Source: Solirubrobacteraceae bacterium
GTDB taxonomy: Bacteria > Actinomycetota > Thermoleophilia > Solirubrobacterales > Solirubrobacteraceae
Length of the DNA: 24,115 bases
Direction: 5' to 3'
Assembly (NCBI GenBank): GCA_035553935.1
Contig: DATMJM010000239.1
Location: forward strand, 1-24,115
The position numbers and the translations under genes are program-made. Positions within the stretch are counted from its first letter, which is position 1. The number at the start of each line of letters is the position of its first letter. Positions 1 to 8,824 of the stretch are shown one piece after another. The notes under the pieces were generated by a model, which made no database searches, was not told the origin of the DNA, and saw nothing but the letters and a program-made list of their open reading frames with translations.

Positions 1-309
1 CCGCACGATCTCGTTGTCGATCTCGACGAAGTCGCCGGTGTCGGGAAGGGAGTGGCGGAAGTCGTGCAGCAGCTTTCTGAGGTTCGTCCGCGCCTGACGT
101 TCGTCGGAGTCGGGCCAGAGCTCGAACGCGAGTCGTGAGCGGTGCTGCAGGTCTCTCCGCAACGCGATCACCGCCAGGAACCGCTGCAAGCGAAGAGCAT
201 CGAAGGCGCGAAGGCGGCGCCCGTCCAAGACGACTTCGACGGCACCGAGCAGTCGGACCTCCAGCGGCGCCGGCAATTCGCCACTGACCCTGATCCCGTC
301 AATCGGCAT
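1..309 (-). CDS. SARP/BTAD-family transcriptional regulator, N-terminal part (runs off the left edge)
   Basis: Manual translation from ATG at 309: MPIDGIRVSGELPAPLEVRLLGAVEVVLDGRRLRAFDALRLQRFLAVIALRRDLQHRSRLAFELWPDSDERQARTNLRKLLHDFRHSLPDTGDFVEIDNEIVR. The LxVRLLG and LWPD..AR.NLR..L patterns are typical of SARP winged-helix domains. SD GAGGAG upstream. Not in the ORF track. Confidence 0.85.
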   Translation of the reverse strand, partial: MPIDGIRVSGELPAPLEVRLLGAVEVVLDGRRLRAFDALRLQRFLAVIALRRDLQHRSRLAFELWPDSDERQARTNLRKLLHDFRHSLPDTGDFVEIDNEIVR

Positions 310-577
310 ATGGCTCCTCTGGCAGCGATCCAAGTTATCCCCCCGGCCCGTGTCGACGACAAGCCGACCGGCATGTTGGCGTTGTCGACACCATGGCGCC
401 CCGTGCCGCGTGACCGGGCCGCCCGCCGTCGCCCCTCCGGCTCCCGGCGACCCAGCCCGGTCTTCCGCGCCCACGGCTGCGCCGACGCGCCGGCCGCGCC
501 AAACGCACCGGCACCCGACCGGACCCCCCGGCTCTGACACGAGACCGCCCGCGGCGAACGCTCCAGCCGAGCCGCTG

Positions 578-830
578 CCCGACCTCGTCATCACCTTCCT
601 CGGCGACGACAGCGTCACGGTCGCAAATACCGAAAGCGCGCCCGCCGGGCCGTTCGTCGTCGCCGTCTCGTCCGTCGGCAGCTTCACGTTTGCCGGGCTC
701 GCGCGCGCGAGGAGGCAACCAGGAAGTGGCCCGCCGGCGCGGTGCGGTGACGGTCTTCGCGGATCGCGCGAACAGCGTCGCCGAGTGCGACGAGACGAAC
801 AGCCAGCGCTCCGGCAACAGCGCCTGCTGA
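578..830 (+). pseudogene. Frameshifted CARDB/Ig-like domain remnant after a Pro-rich linker
   Basis: PDLVITFLGDDSVTVANTESAPAGPFVV…GLA (frame of 578) and VTVFADRANSVAECDETN (747-830, a different frame) match the start and end of CARDB-type domains (PDL.V … D..N.V.E.DE.N). Confidence 0.5.
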
Positions 831-897
831 GTCGACCGCCAGCGTAAGGATGGCCGCCGATGCGGGTCTTACTCGAAACGCACGAGGAGGCTCCGCC

Positions 898-1026
898 ATG
901 ATCACGCCAAAGGTCACCGAGATCCGCCGCCCGCTCGAATCGGTGACGCGCGACCCGTTCTCCGCCCCGCCGCCGTCGCCTGACGGCGCTGGCCACTTGC
1001 CCTCTTCGCGTGGTCGCACCGCGTAG
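898..1026 (+). CDS. Putative 42-aa small protein or gene fragment
   Basis: GAGGAGG at 884-890, 7 nt before ATG898. MITPKVTEIRRPLESVTRDPFSAPPPSPDGAGHLPSSRGRTA*. No recognisable family. Confidence 0.3.
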   Translation: MITPKVTEIRRPLESVTRDPFSAPPPSPDGAGHLPSSRGRTA

Positions 1027-1246
1027 CGCTCCGTCTCCAGCTGGCTGATCAGGCGCGGTCAGCTGTTGTCCGAGATCCGCGAGGGGCTTGGTTCTCAATC
1101 AGGCCCTCGAGATTCGGCGCCCTCCCGTCCGCGCTGCTCCTCGAATCGGCCGCGGGCGCTCGGGCTCCGGCCAGAGTTGCTCCACCGCCCAGCTTCTTGC
1201 TGACCATCCGAACCCTGGCGGGGATGTCGAGTCCGACCAGCGCGGG

Positions 1247-2518
1247 CTACCGGCTGAGTGGTCTGCTGAGCGCCATGATGGCGACGTCGTCGCGCAGCGG
1301 CTGTTCGAGGCGCTTGAGCTTGTCGATGACTCGATCGATGATCTGGTCGGCAGCAGTGCGCGAGGCGCTGCACAGCGACTGCGCGAGCCAGTCCTCGTCG
1401 ACTCGCGCGCCGTCGAGCCGGGTGTCGAGCAGACCGTCGCTGTAGAGGACGATCGCGTCGCCTGGCTGGAGATCGATCTGGCAGCTGTCGAACGTCACGT
1501 CGCGAAAGGCTCCGAGCATCGCGCCTCGCGTGTGCACCGGCTCGGCGGTGCGGCCGGCGCGCAGCACGAGCGGCGGTGGATGCCCGGCCACCGCAAGTTT
1601 GACCGTCGGGCCGTTGCGGCTGATGTCGATGTCGCCGTAGACCGCGGTGCACATGTCTTGGCCGTCTTGCATGAGCAACGCCGTGTTGAGGTCCCGCAGT
1701 ACGGCTGCTGGGTCTTCGTTGTGCATCGCGGCAGTGCGCAGGGTGTAACGCGCGAGCGAGGTGAGGCTGGCGGCCGCGGGACCCTTGCCGCAGACGTCGC
1801 CGAGAAAGAACCCCCAGCGTTCGGCCTCGAGCGAGAATAGGTCGTAGAAGTCACCGCCGACCTCAGCCTCCGAGAACGGCTGGTAGTGCACCGCGATCTG
1901 TAGACCCGGAACGTCGGGCAGCGTCGGTGGAGAGAGGCTGCGCTGAAGCGTCCGGGTCAGGCGCTCGGCGTAGTGCTGCTGCTCCAGCGCCTGATGGCGC
2001 GCGTCTCGTTCACGGCGCAGCTCGCGCATCGCGGCGAGACGCAGCTCGAGCTCGTCCATGACGATCGCCGCCAGGTCACGGAGCGTCTGCATCTCCTGCT
2101 CGGTCACCGTGCGCGGCTTGACGTCGATGACGTTGACGGTGCCCAGGCGATAGCCGTCCGAGGTTGTGATCGGAGCCGCCGCGTAGAAGCGCACGCCCAT
2201 CTCCCCGTGGATCAGCTCATTGCTCGCCACACGGGGATCGGTCAGGCCATCGCTGATGACGTAGACGTCGTCCTGCAAGATCGCCGACGCGCACAGGCCG
2301 GGCACGCGCGGGATCTGCACGACGTCAAGGCCGGCGCATGCCTTGAACCAGATGCGATCCTCATCGACGATCGTCACCGTCGCGATCGGCACGTCGAAGA
2401 ACCGCGCCGCCAGCGCGCAGATGCGATCAAACGCGCCGTCGGGAGGAGAGTCGAGGATGTCGTAGCGCCGCACTGCCGTCAGGCGGTCGGCTTCAGCCGG
2501 ATCCGGCGCTGCTTGCAT
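1247..2518 (-). CDS. GAF-domain PP2C/SpoIIE-family (RsbU-like) serine phosphatase
   Basis: N-terminal GAF (E..RL.AVRRYDILD.PPDGAFDRI, RFYAAAPI, LGTVNVID..PR), coiled-coil linker, PP2C motifs VGGDFYD, GDVCGKG, AGHPPP, LYSDGL, DDVAIM. Confidence 0.95.
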   Translation of the reverse strand: MQAAPDPAEADRLTAVRRYDILDSPPDGAFDRICALAARFFDVPIATVTIVDEDRIWFKACAGLDVVQIPRVPGLCASAILQDDVYVISDGLTDPRVASNELIHGEMGVRFYAAAPITTSDGYRLGTVNVIDVKPRTVTEQEMQTLRDLAAIVMDELELRLAAMRELRRERDARHQALEQQHYAERLTRTLQRSLSPPTLPDVPGLQIAVHYQPFSEAEVGGDFYDLFSLEAERWGFFLGDVCGKGPAAASLTSLARYTLRTAAMHNEDPAAVLRDLNTALLMQDGQDMCTAVYGDIDISRNGPTVKLAVAGHPPPLVLRAGRTAEPVHTRGAMLGAFRDVTFDSCQIDLQPGDAIVLYSDGLLDTRLDGARVDEDWLAQSLCSASRTAADQIIDRVIDKLKRLEQPLRDDVAIMALSRPLSR

Positions 2519-2524
2519 CAGGTC

Positions 2525-2530
2525 ACGCTA
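2525..2530 (-). promoter_or_regulatory. -10 hexamer TAGCGT 6 nt before the ATG (leaderless transcript candidate)
   Basis: The minus strand reads TAGCGT-gacctg-ATG(2518), with no SD. Confidence 0.55.
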
Positions 2531-2826
2531 CCGCACGGCCGCAGAGCGACCGCACTGCTGAGAAGTCGGCAGACGGCGATATCCGCCGTGCATCCGCGGC
2601 ATGCGGCGGTGTCCGCTGCGGCGGGTTGTCGACGTGCCGACGATCAATCGCTCTCAGGCGACCTCACCCAGGATCCAGTGATCATGCGGCGAGCTGCAGC
2701 GCGCCGGGCGCGGAGCCGCACGAGCGAGTCGCGCTCGTTGCCCGAAGGTGTCGATCTCGGCGGCAACGCAGATCAGCGCCTCGGTGTCCGCTCACCGGTT
2801 GGGAAAGCCGTTCGCAGAGGGGAGCG

Positions 2827-3864
2827 CTACGGGACGTTCGCCGGGACGAGTATCCCGCGGCCTTGCAGCCGGCCGTTGTCCAGGTCGGCCATCGCGTCGT
2901 TGATGGCCTCCAGCGGATAGGTGGTCGTGTGCAACGTGACCTTGCCCTGGGCGGTCAGCGTCATGAGGTCCTGGAGGTCGACGTACGTCCCGACGAGGTT
3001 GCCGATGAACGAGATCTCGCGCGAGATGACGTCGATCGTCGGGATGTCGATGTTCTGCCCGTAGCCGATGACGTAGTAGAAGCCGCCGTCCTCGATCATC
3101 GCGACACCGTCTTGCACCGCGCCGTTCTCGCCGACGAAGTCGATGATCGCCTGGGCGCCGCGGCCGTCTGTCAGCTCGCGCACTGCGTCGATGTGCGAGC
3201 CGTCGACCTTGACGGTGTGGTCGGCCCCGAGATCGCGGGCGAGCTCGAGGGCCGGCTCGGACGGGTCGACGACGATGATCTCGGTCGGCGTGTAGGCCTT
3301 CAGGCACTGGATCCCGATATGGCCCAGGCCGCCGGCGCCGATCACCACGGCGCGGGTGCCCGCGCCGAGGACCGGGATCGCCTTCTTGACGGCATGGATC
3401 GCGGTCAGCCCGGCGTCGGCGAGCGCGGCGATCTGCGCCGGTTGCAGGGAGGGGTCGAGCTTGACGACCGAGCGCGCGCTCGTCAGCAGCAGCTCGGCGA
3501 AGCCGCCGTCGCGGTTGATGCCGGGAAAAGATCCGTTGTGGCAGTGCATGTCGTCGCCGGCGCGGCATGCCCGGCACAGGCCGCAGGTGATGAACGGGTG
3601 GACGATGACCGTGTCTCCGACCGTGACGTTCGTGACCGCCGATCCGACCTCGTGGATCCAGCCGGCGTTCTCGTGACCGGGTGTATAGGGCAGCTGGACC
3701 TGGGACTTCTCGGCCCACTGGCCCTCCTGGATGTGCAGGTCGGTGCGGCACAGCCCGGCGGCGCCGATCCGTACGACGACGTCGAGCGGGCCGCTCGCCT
3801 CGGGCTCGTCGACCTGGTCGAGCCTCAGGGGATCATGGTACGCGTGCAGGCGGGCAGCCTTCAT
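2827..3864 (-). CDS. adh: Zn-dependent NAD(+) alcohol dehydrogenase (MDR family; secondary-ADH-type Cys/His/Asp site)
   Basis: GLCRTD, GHE, structural Zn CGLCRAC…HC, third ligand Asp in ALADAGLTA, Rossmann GAGGLG, acidic VVDPS. Start ATG3864 with SD GGAGG; ATGA overlap with the upstream gene. Confidence 0.95.
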   Translation of the reverse strand: MKAARLHAYHDPLRLDQVDEPEASGPLDVVVRIGAAGLCRTDLHIQEGQWAEKSQVQLPYTPGHENAGWIHEVGSAVTNVTVGDTVIVHPFITCGLCRACRAGDDMHCHNGSFPGINRDGGFAELLLTSARSVVKLDPSLQPAQIAALADAGLTAIHAVKKAIPVLGAGTRAVVIGAGGLGHIGIQCLKAYTPTEIIVVDPSEPALELARDLGADHTVKVDGSHIDAVRELTDGRGAQAIIDFVGENGAVQDGVAMIEDGGFYYVIGYGQNIDIPTIDVISREISFIGNLVGTYVDLQDLMTLTAQGKVTLHTTTYPLEAINDAMADLDNGRLQGRGILVPANVP

Positions 3865-4556
3865 GTCGGGGCCTCCTCCAGGTCGGCAGGGTCGTAGCGG
3901 ACGCGCAGCAGCGAGCGGCAGATGGCACCGTTGCTCTCGAGGCTCGTTCGGATCAGCCGCGCGATGCGCAGCCAGTGGCGCAGGTCGGCGGCGGCGATCG
4001 CCCGGCCGTCGGGCAAGACGAACGCGGCCGCCTCGTCGTCGCACGGGATCCCGAGCTGCTCGCGCAGCTCGAGGCAGCGGCAGGCGTCCGGGTCGTGGGG
4101 CAGGTCGGCGACGCGGCGTGCCGTCACCTCCTCGGGCGTCGCGCCGGCGGCGAGCAGTGCCTCGCACAGCCGCGACTGGCGGGCCACGAGGGCCTTGCGC
4201 CGAAACAGCCGCCGGAGCGTGTCCAGCTCGCCCTCCGTCTCTCCGGGGAAGGCCTGCGCGAACGCCTCCCCGCGGCTGACGGCGGCATTGATCTCGTCAT
4301 CGGTGCAGTGATCCTCGAGCAGGACGGCGACCTCGCGGACCTCCGACACGCGACTGACCGCGTCGCGCGCGTCGGAGGCCATGAGAAACGCGAAGTTCGG
4401 GGCGCACTGCGACGTCGGCAACCGCAGACGGACGTCGACGTCGCCCTCGGCCGACACGTCGCAGGAGGCGACGAACTGCAGCGACGTGATCGGCTCGTCG
4501 AGCTCGGGATCATGGACGGTCCCGAGCGCATCGAGGACGCGCTCGCGAATGCTCAT
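3861..4556 (-). CDS. DUF59/MIP18-like metal-sulfur cluster assembly factor with C-terminal extension
   Basis: MSIRERVLDALGTVHDPELDEPITSL.FV…LRLPTSQCAPNFAFLM (DUF59 signature DPE, Cys). ATGA overlaps at both ends. Confidence 0.9.
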   Translation of the reverse strand: MSIRERVLDALGTVHDPELDEPITSLQFVASCDVSAEGDVDVRLRLPTSQCAPNFAFLMASDARDAVSRVSEVREVAVLLEDHCTDDEINAAVSRGEAFAQAFPGETEGELDTLRRLFRRKALVARQSRLCEALLAAGATPEEVTARRVADLPHDPDACRCLELREQLGIPCDDEAAAFVLPDGRAIAAADLRHWLRIARLIRTSLESNGAICRSLLRVRYDPADLEEAPT

Positions 4557-5608
4557 GGGCCGCCCTCGACCAGCTGCGCGTCCTCGCGAGCCGCCGGCTC
4601 CCCGGCATCGGCGGGCAGCCGCAACTCCTGCGGCACGTCGATGCCGTAGAGCTTGGCGGCGTTGAGCCCCAGCATCTTCTTCTTCGAGGCCGTCGTGACC
4701 GCGGGGTAGTCGGAGAACTGCTCGTCGTCCGGATAGTCCCAGTCCACGAAGCCCTCGACCTGCCACTTGGGCTCCCAGATGGCGTAGTCGCTGCCGAACA
4801 GCATCTTGTCCTCGCCGACCCAGAACAGCAGTTCGCCCATGACCTTCGAGAAGAAGCGCGGGCGCGCGTGCATGAGCGCTCCGATGACGACGGCCAGCCC
4901 CGCGTAGACATTGGGCTCCTGTGTCGCCATGAAGCAGAAGTCCTCGATCCGCGGGAGTCCCACGTGCTCCACGATGAAGTTCAGCTCGGGGTAGCTGGTG
5001 GCGGCGTAGTCGACGTCGCGGACGTCGAAGGCATCCTTGTCGAGCGGCCAGATCGTCGGTCCCTTGTGGACGTGGATGTTGACGATCCCGAGCTCCAGGC
5101 ACTTCTCGAAGAACGGCGCCGCCTCGGGATCCTTCAGCGACCACCCGCGGGAGCCATCGCGCCACTCGGCCGTGTAGAGCTTGACGCCCTTGAGCCCGTA
5201 TCGGCGGGCGTCCTCCTCTAGCCGGCGCAGGCCGGCCTCGCCGTCGCGCGAGTCCCAGCGCCCGTTGACGATCAGCCGGTCCGAGTGCTTGTCGGCGAGC
5301 CGGGCGCAGCGCTCGGTCGTGTTGAAGCCGTCGATGTACCACTCCTTGAGGTACGTCGGGTTGAAGATGCCGACATCGACGTGCCCCTCGTCGAAGACGT
5401 CCTTGACGAAGTCCTCCTCGGAGTACTTCTGGAACCTCTCGATCGGCCAATGAGTCGCCGCCGGACCGAGCCCCTGGTAGGCATGGAAGCACTCGATCCA
5501 GCCCCTGGCGTACTTCTCCTGACCCTTCACCCAGTTCTCAGGGCTCGCGTCCCAGAAGTGGACGTGGCCGTCGACAACGAAGTACTTCTCCCCGTCCTTC
5601 TCGTACAC
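4553..5608 (-). CDS. Amidohydrolase-2 family metallo-protein
   Basis: Start GTG5608 after SD GAGGAG; MYEKDGEKYFVVDGHVH (HxH), HVHKG, EHVG, FGSDY. Confidence 0.93.
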   Translation of the reverse strand: MYEKDGEKYFVVDGHVHFWDASPENWVKGQEKYARGWIECFHAYQGLGPAATHWPIERFQKYSEEDFVKDVFDEGHVDVGIFNPTYLKEWYIDGFNTTERCARLADKHSDRLIVNGRWDSRDGEAGLRRLEEDARRYGLKGVKLYTAEWRDGSRGWSLKDPEAAPFFEKCLELGIVNIHVHKGPTIWPLDKDAFDVRDVDYAATSYPELNFIVEHVGLPRIEDFCFMATQEPNVYAGLAVVIGALMHARPRFFSKVMGELLFWVGEDKMLFGSDYAIWEPKWQVEGFVDWDYPDDEQFSDYPAVTTASKKKMLGLNAAKLYGIDVPQELRLPADAGEPAAREDAQLVEGGP

Positions 5609-5944
5609 CCTGTTCTCCTCTCCTAGGGTCCCTGCGCACGTTACTCCGGCACCGGCTGCGAAGTCCAAGCCGATGTGTGCTTTCCCGCTCAGCGCCTGCG
5701 GGGGCCGCCCCAACCCAGACGCGAGCACACCACAGGTGCACCTCGGCTTTGCGACCACAGCCACTCGCTGATCACGGAGTCCAAGGATGCGCCTGCGCGG
5801 TGGCGCGCCGTCATCCGAGGGATCACGCGCTGAAGACCTTAGGTGCATAACTCACCCTTGTATCGGCCTTCGCCACGCGGCTACGGTGCGCCTGGAGGCG
5901 CGGCCGCGGAGCCGCGACGGGGGCAGCGACAGTGGGGGGACGGC

Positions 5945-8521
5945 ATGACTTCGACGGGCGACTGGCGGCATCGCCGGACGATGACGGCGGCAGCGATCGC
6001 ATCCGTTCTCGCCGCAGGATGCGCGATCGCCGGGATCACCGCCGCGACCGCGTCCGCCGACCTGCCCCGGACGTACGACGTGCAGCGCGTCGACTCGCCG
6101 ATGCCCGTGCAGAACGGTCGCTTCGCGCTGAGCATGGTCAACGTCGGGGATGTCAACCGCGACGGCGAAGACGACGTGCTGACGGGCACCGACAAGCACG
6201 GGACCGTGCTGGGCACCGGCCAGGTCAACGTGGTCAGCGGGCAGGACGGCGCGACGCTGCGCCAGTACGCGCTTCCGGATGTCGACGTGCCCCCGTCGCC
6301 TGCCGGAGGGGACCGTCCCACGGGCTTCGGCGCCGCCGTCGCCAAGCTCGCCGACGTCGGCAGCTGCCCCGGCTTCGCCGGTGCGGCGGGCACGGCCTGC
6401 ACGGCCGCGACGGTCGGTCCCCGCGACGGCGTGGCCGAGCATCTCGTCGCCGCCAGCGGCGTCGACGTCGACCCGGCCACCGGCGCCCCCGACCCGGCTC
6501 TGAACAACAACCTCGGCGTCATCTATGTCTTCGACGGCGCCAGCGGCGCGCTGCTCAAGCGCCTGCTGATGCCCCCCGCCGATCGCGCGGCGACGGTCGC
6601 GGCAGGCGTCGATCCGCGCTACGGACGCACGCTGATGTCGCCCTCCGGCCAGCCGCCCTGCGCCGGCTTCGGCGGTCTCGCGACACCCGAGAACCAGTGC
6701 CCGTACCCGCCCGCCTCGCGCGCGGCGGTCGGCGATCTCGACGCCGGCGGCGCCGACCTCGGCGACGTCGTCGTCGGCGCGACCGACTACCGGGAGACGC
6801 AGGCCACGGCGCACCCGGAGTCCGAGTGTGCGACGCAGACGTTCGTGCCGGCGCGGCCGTGCGCCTCCGCCGGCCGCCTGTACGTGTACCGCGGCGAGGA
6901 CGTCGCGGGCAGCGACCCGAGCGTCCCGCTCGGCGGCGGCGCCGACGTCACGACGATCCGGAGCCCTCTGGCGCAGCCCGACGACCCGGCGCCGCTCAGC
7001 CGCTTCTCGGTGACCGAGGAGTTCGGGGTGCTGCTGATCCCGGTCGGTGACGCCGGCAGGTGCGCGGTGACGCCCGCGCCGATCGCGGGCGCGCGGTGTG
7101 GCAATCCCGGCAGCAACCTCGCCGACGGGATTCCCGACTTCGCCGTCGCGGCCAGCAGCGTGAACCTCTACGGCTTCCCGGAGGTCGGCGCGGCGGTGCT
7201 GCTCGACGGAGCGACGCTCACGGTCATCAAGACCACGCCGAATCCCGAGCCGCGCCCCGAATCGGCGTGGGGACTCACGCAGAACGGCGTCGTCGCTCCG
7301 GCGATCGGCGACGTGACGCGGGTCGCCGGTCCGGACTTCTACGTCCCCGAGATCCAGTACGCGGGGCGCTTCACGGCGCAGGGACGCGGGTTGGTCGTCG
7401 ACGGGGCGCCATCCACCCAGGGGTCGTTCCGCGAGTTCCCGGTTCGCTTCGAGGACCCGACGCCGCACACCGGCGAGCAGTTCGGCGCCAGCGCCGGCGG
7501 CGTGGGCAACCTTGCCGGCGACAGCCGGCGCGAGCTCATGATCGGCGCGATCGGACCGCACAACCCCGGCACGAACCCGCAGGTCGTCAACGACCTGCAC
7601 ATCTTCGATCCGGCCACGGGCACGGCGCTGCAGACGATCGCCGCTCCGGATCAGCAGGGCGGCGAGGCGTTCGGCGTCTCGCTCGCGCCGCTGGGAGACC
7701 TCAACGACGACGGCTTTTTGGACTTCGCGGTCGGGGCCGGCTTCTACGAACTGCTGGGCATCCGGGGCGCCGGGCGGATGTACATCTTCCGCAGCGACAA
7801 CACACCCGCTCCAGCAGGCCCGCCTGCGACCGCGCCGCCGGCTGGCGGAGGCGCGCCGACGATCGCGGTCGCCGGACGCACCGTGGAGCTCGAGGCCAGC
7901 CGCGGCGTCGTACGCCGAGGGTCTCGCGTCGCCCTGCGCGGAGCCGTGGAGGCCTTCGCCAACCAGGCGGCATGTCAGAGCAGGCAGCCCGTCGAGCTGC
8001 AGGCGCGGCGCGCGGGCACCGCGCGGTATACGACGATCGCGCAGCTGGTCAGCGACGCCGACGGCGGCTTCACGACGACGATCACGGCGGACGCCACCGC
8101 GCGCTACCGCGCACGGCTCGCGCAGACCGCCGCATGCCTGGGCGCAGTCTCCAACAGCGAGACGGTCGCGGTGCCGCCTGCGGTGACCGCGGTCACGACC
8201 GTCGCGCGACTCACCGCGGCGCGCGTGGTCCGGCTGCAGCTGCGCTGCCCGCGCGGCAGCCTGTGCTCCGGCACGGTGAAGCTGCGGACGGCGGCCGCGG
8301 TCGGCCGGCCCGGCGGCGCGCGCCGGCGCATCACGCTGGGCACGCGCGGATTCCAGATCCCGGGCGGCCAGCGACGGACGACGCGGCTGCTCGTGTCGGT
8401 GGCGACGGCAAGAGCGCTGCGCACGGTGCGAAGCGTGCCGGTCAACGTCTTCATCACGAGTCGCGACGCGGCTGGGCGTGCCGTCTTCAGCCGCGACCGC
8501 CTGACGCTGCGCACGCGCTGA
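5945..8521 (+). CDS. Secreted FG-GAP/integrin-alpha-like beta-propeller protein with C-terminal Ig-like domains
   Basis: Signal peptide (RHRRT…AAIASVLAAGCAIAGITAATASA), repeats such as GDVNRDGEDDVLTG, FGASAGGVGNLAGDSRRELMIGA, FGVSLAPLGDLNDDGFLDFAVGAG, GRLYVY/GRMYIF, Pro/Ala linker, basic beta-rich C-terminus. Start could be ATG5945 or ATG5981. Confidence 0.88.
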   Translation: MTSTGDWRHRRTMTAAAIASVLAAGCAIAGITAATASADLPRTYDVQRVDSPMPVQNGRFALSMVNVGDVNRDGEDDVLTGTDKHGTVLGTGQVNVVSGQDGATLRQYALPDVDVPPSPAGGDRPTGFGAAVAKLADVGSCPGFAGAAGTACTAATVGPRDGVAEHLVAASGVDVDPATGAPDPALNNNLGVIYVFDGASGALLKRLLMPPADRAATVAAGVDPRYGRTLMSPSGQPPCAGFGGLATPENQCPYPPASRAAVGDLDAGGADLGDVVVGATDYRETQATAHPESECATQTFVPARPCASAGRLYVYRGEDVAGSDPSVPLGGGADVTTIRSPLAQPDDPAPLSRFSVTEEFGVLLIPVGDAGRCAVTPAPIAGARCGNPGSNLADGIPDFAVAASSVNLYGFPEVGAAVLLDGATLTVIKTTPNPEPRPESAWGLTQNGVVAPAIGDVTRVAGPDFYVPEIQYAGRFTAQGRGLVVDGAPSTQGSFREFPVRFEDPTPHTGEQFGASAGGVGNLAGDSRRELMIGAIGPHNPGTNPQVVNDLHIFDPATGTALQTIAAPDQQGGEAFGVSLAPLGDLNDDGFLDFAVGAGFYELLGIRGAGRMYIFRSDNTPAPAGPPATAPPAGGGAPTIAVAGRTVELEASRGVVRRGSRVALRGAVEAFANQAACQSRQPVELQARRAGTARYTTIAQLVSDADGGFTTTITADATARYRARLAQTAACLGAVSNSETVAVPPAVTAVTTVARLTAARVVRLQLRCPRGSLCSGTVKLRTAAAVGRPGGARRRITLGTRGFQIPGGQRRTTRLLVSVATARALRTVRSVPVNVFITSRDAAGRAVFSRDRLTLRTR

Positions 8522-8550
8522 CGTCACGGACGAGAAGCCGGCGGTCGCTG

Positions 8551-8772
8551 CTAGAACGTGAAGCGGCTCATGATGTTCCCCACGCGCTGCTCCGCTCGGC
8601 GGATGCTCGCGTCGAGCTCCTCGGCGTCGTGCTCGATCGGATGGCCGTTGGGGCACTCGAGCGTCGAGCTTCGCCGCGCCTCCCCGACCGTGCTGTGGAG
8701 CACGGCGCCGCAGGTGTCGCAGGGGAACTCCATGGCCTTGGCGTCCATGAAGCCTTCGGCGCTCGGTTTCAT
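8551..8772 (-). CDS. Small putative zinc-ribbon protein (CxxC…CxxxH) with C-terminal helix
   Basis: MKPSAEGFMDAKAMEFPCDTCG…LECPNGHPIEHDAEELDASIRRAEQRVGNIMSRFTF. TACACT lies 6 nt before ATG8772. Confidence 0.7.
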   Translation of the reverse strand: MKPSAEGFMDAKAMEFPCDTCGAVLHSTVGEARRSSTLECPNGHPIEHDAEELDASIRRAEQRVGNIMSRFTF

Positions 8773-8778
8773 GCGCCC

Positions 8779-8784
8779 AGTGTA
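8779..8784 (-). promoter_or_regulatory. -10 hexamer TACACT (leaderless candidate)
   Basis: The minus strand reads TACACT-gggcgc-ATG(8772). Confidence 0.55.
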
Positions 8785-8824
8785 AGCGGGGGCGAGCTCT
8801 TGCTCGCCCGGACCTATAGGAGGC

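Noticed and set aside
684-1019. 111-aa minus-strand ORF
   Set aside because: No SD or motifs; it overlaps the CARDB remnant and the SD-supported small ORF.
2660-2800. Coding-looking minus-strand stretch (ADTEALICVAAEIDTFG…) between adh and the phosphatase
   Set aside because: No start or SD, and no recognisable family; cannot be supported as a gene or pseudogene.
5725-5745. AGGTGCACCT palindrome in the amidohydrolase/FG-GAP intergenic region as an operator
   Set aside because: A single 10-bp palindrome is expected by chance, and no cognate regulator is identifiable.
5839-5852. TTAGG upstream of the FG-GAP gene as a fourth iron box
   Set aside because: It reads TTAGGTGCATAACT, has no CCTAA half-site and matches the consensus poorly.
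5852-8656. 934-aa minus-strand ORF, plus other long Arg/Ala-rich ORFs (e.g. 7060-9111, 10748-12676, 14532-16304, 2626-3897, 17313-18698)
   Set aside because: Antisense or alternate-frame shadows of real genes caused by stop-codon scarcity at high GC; no motifs.
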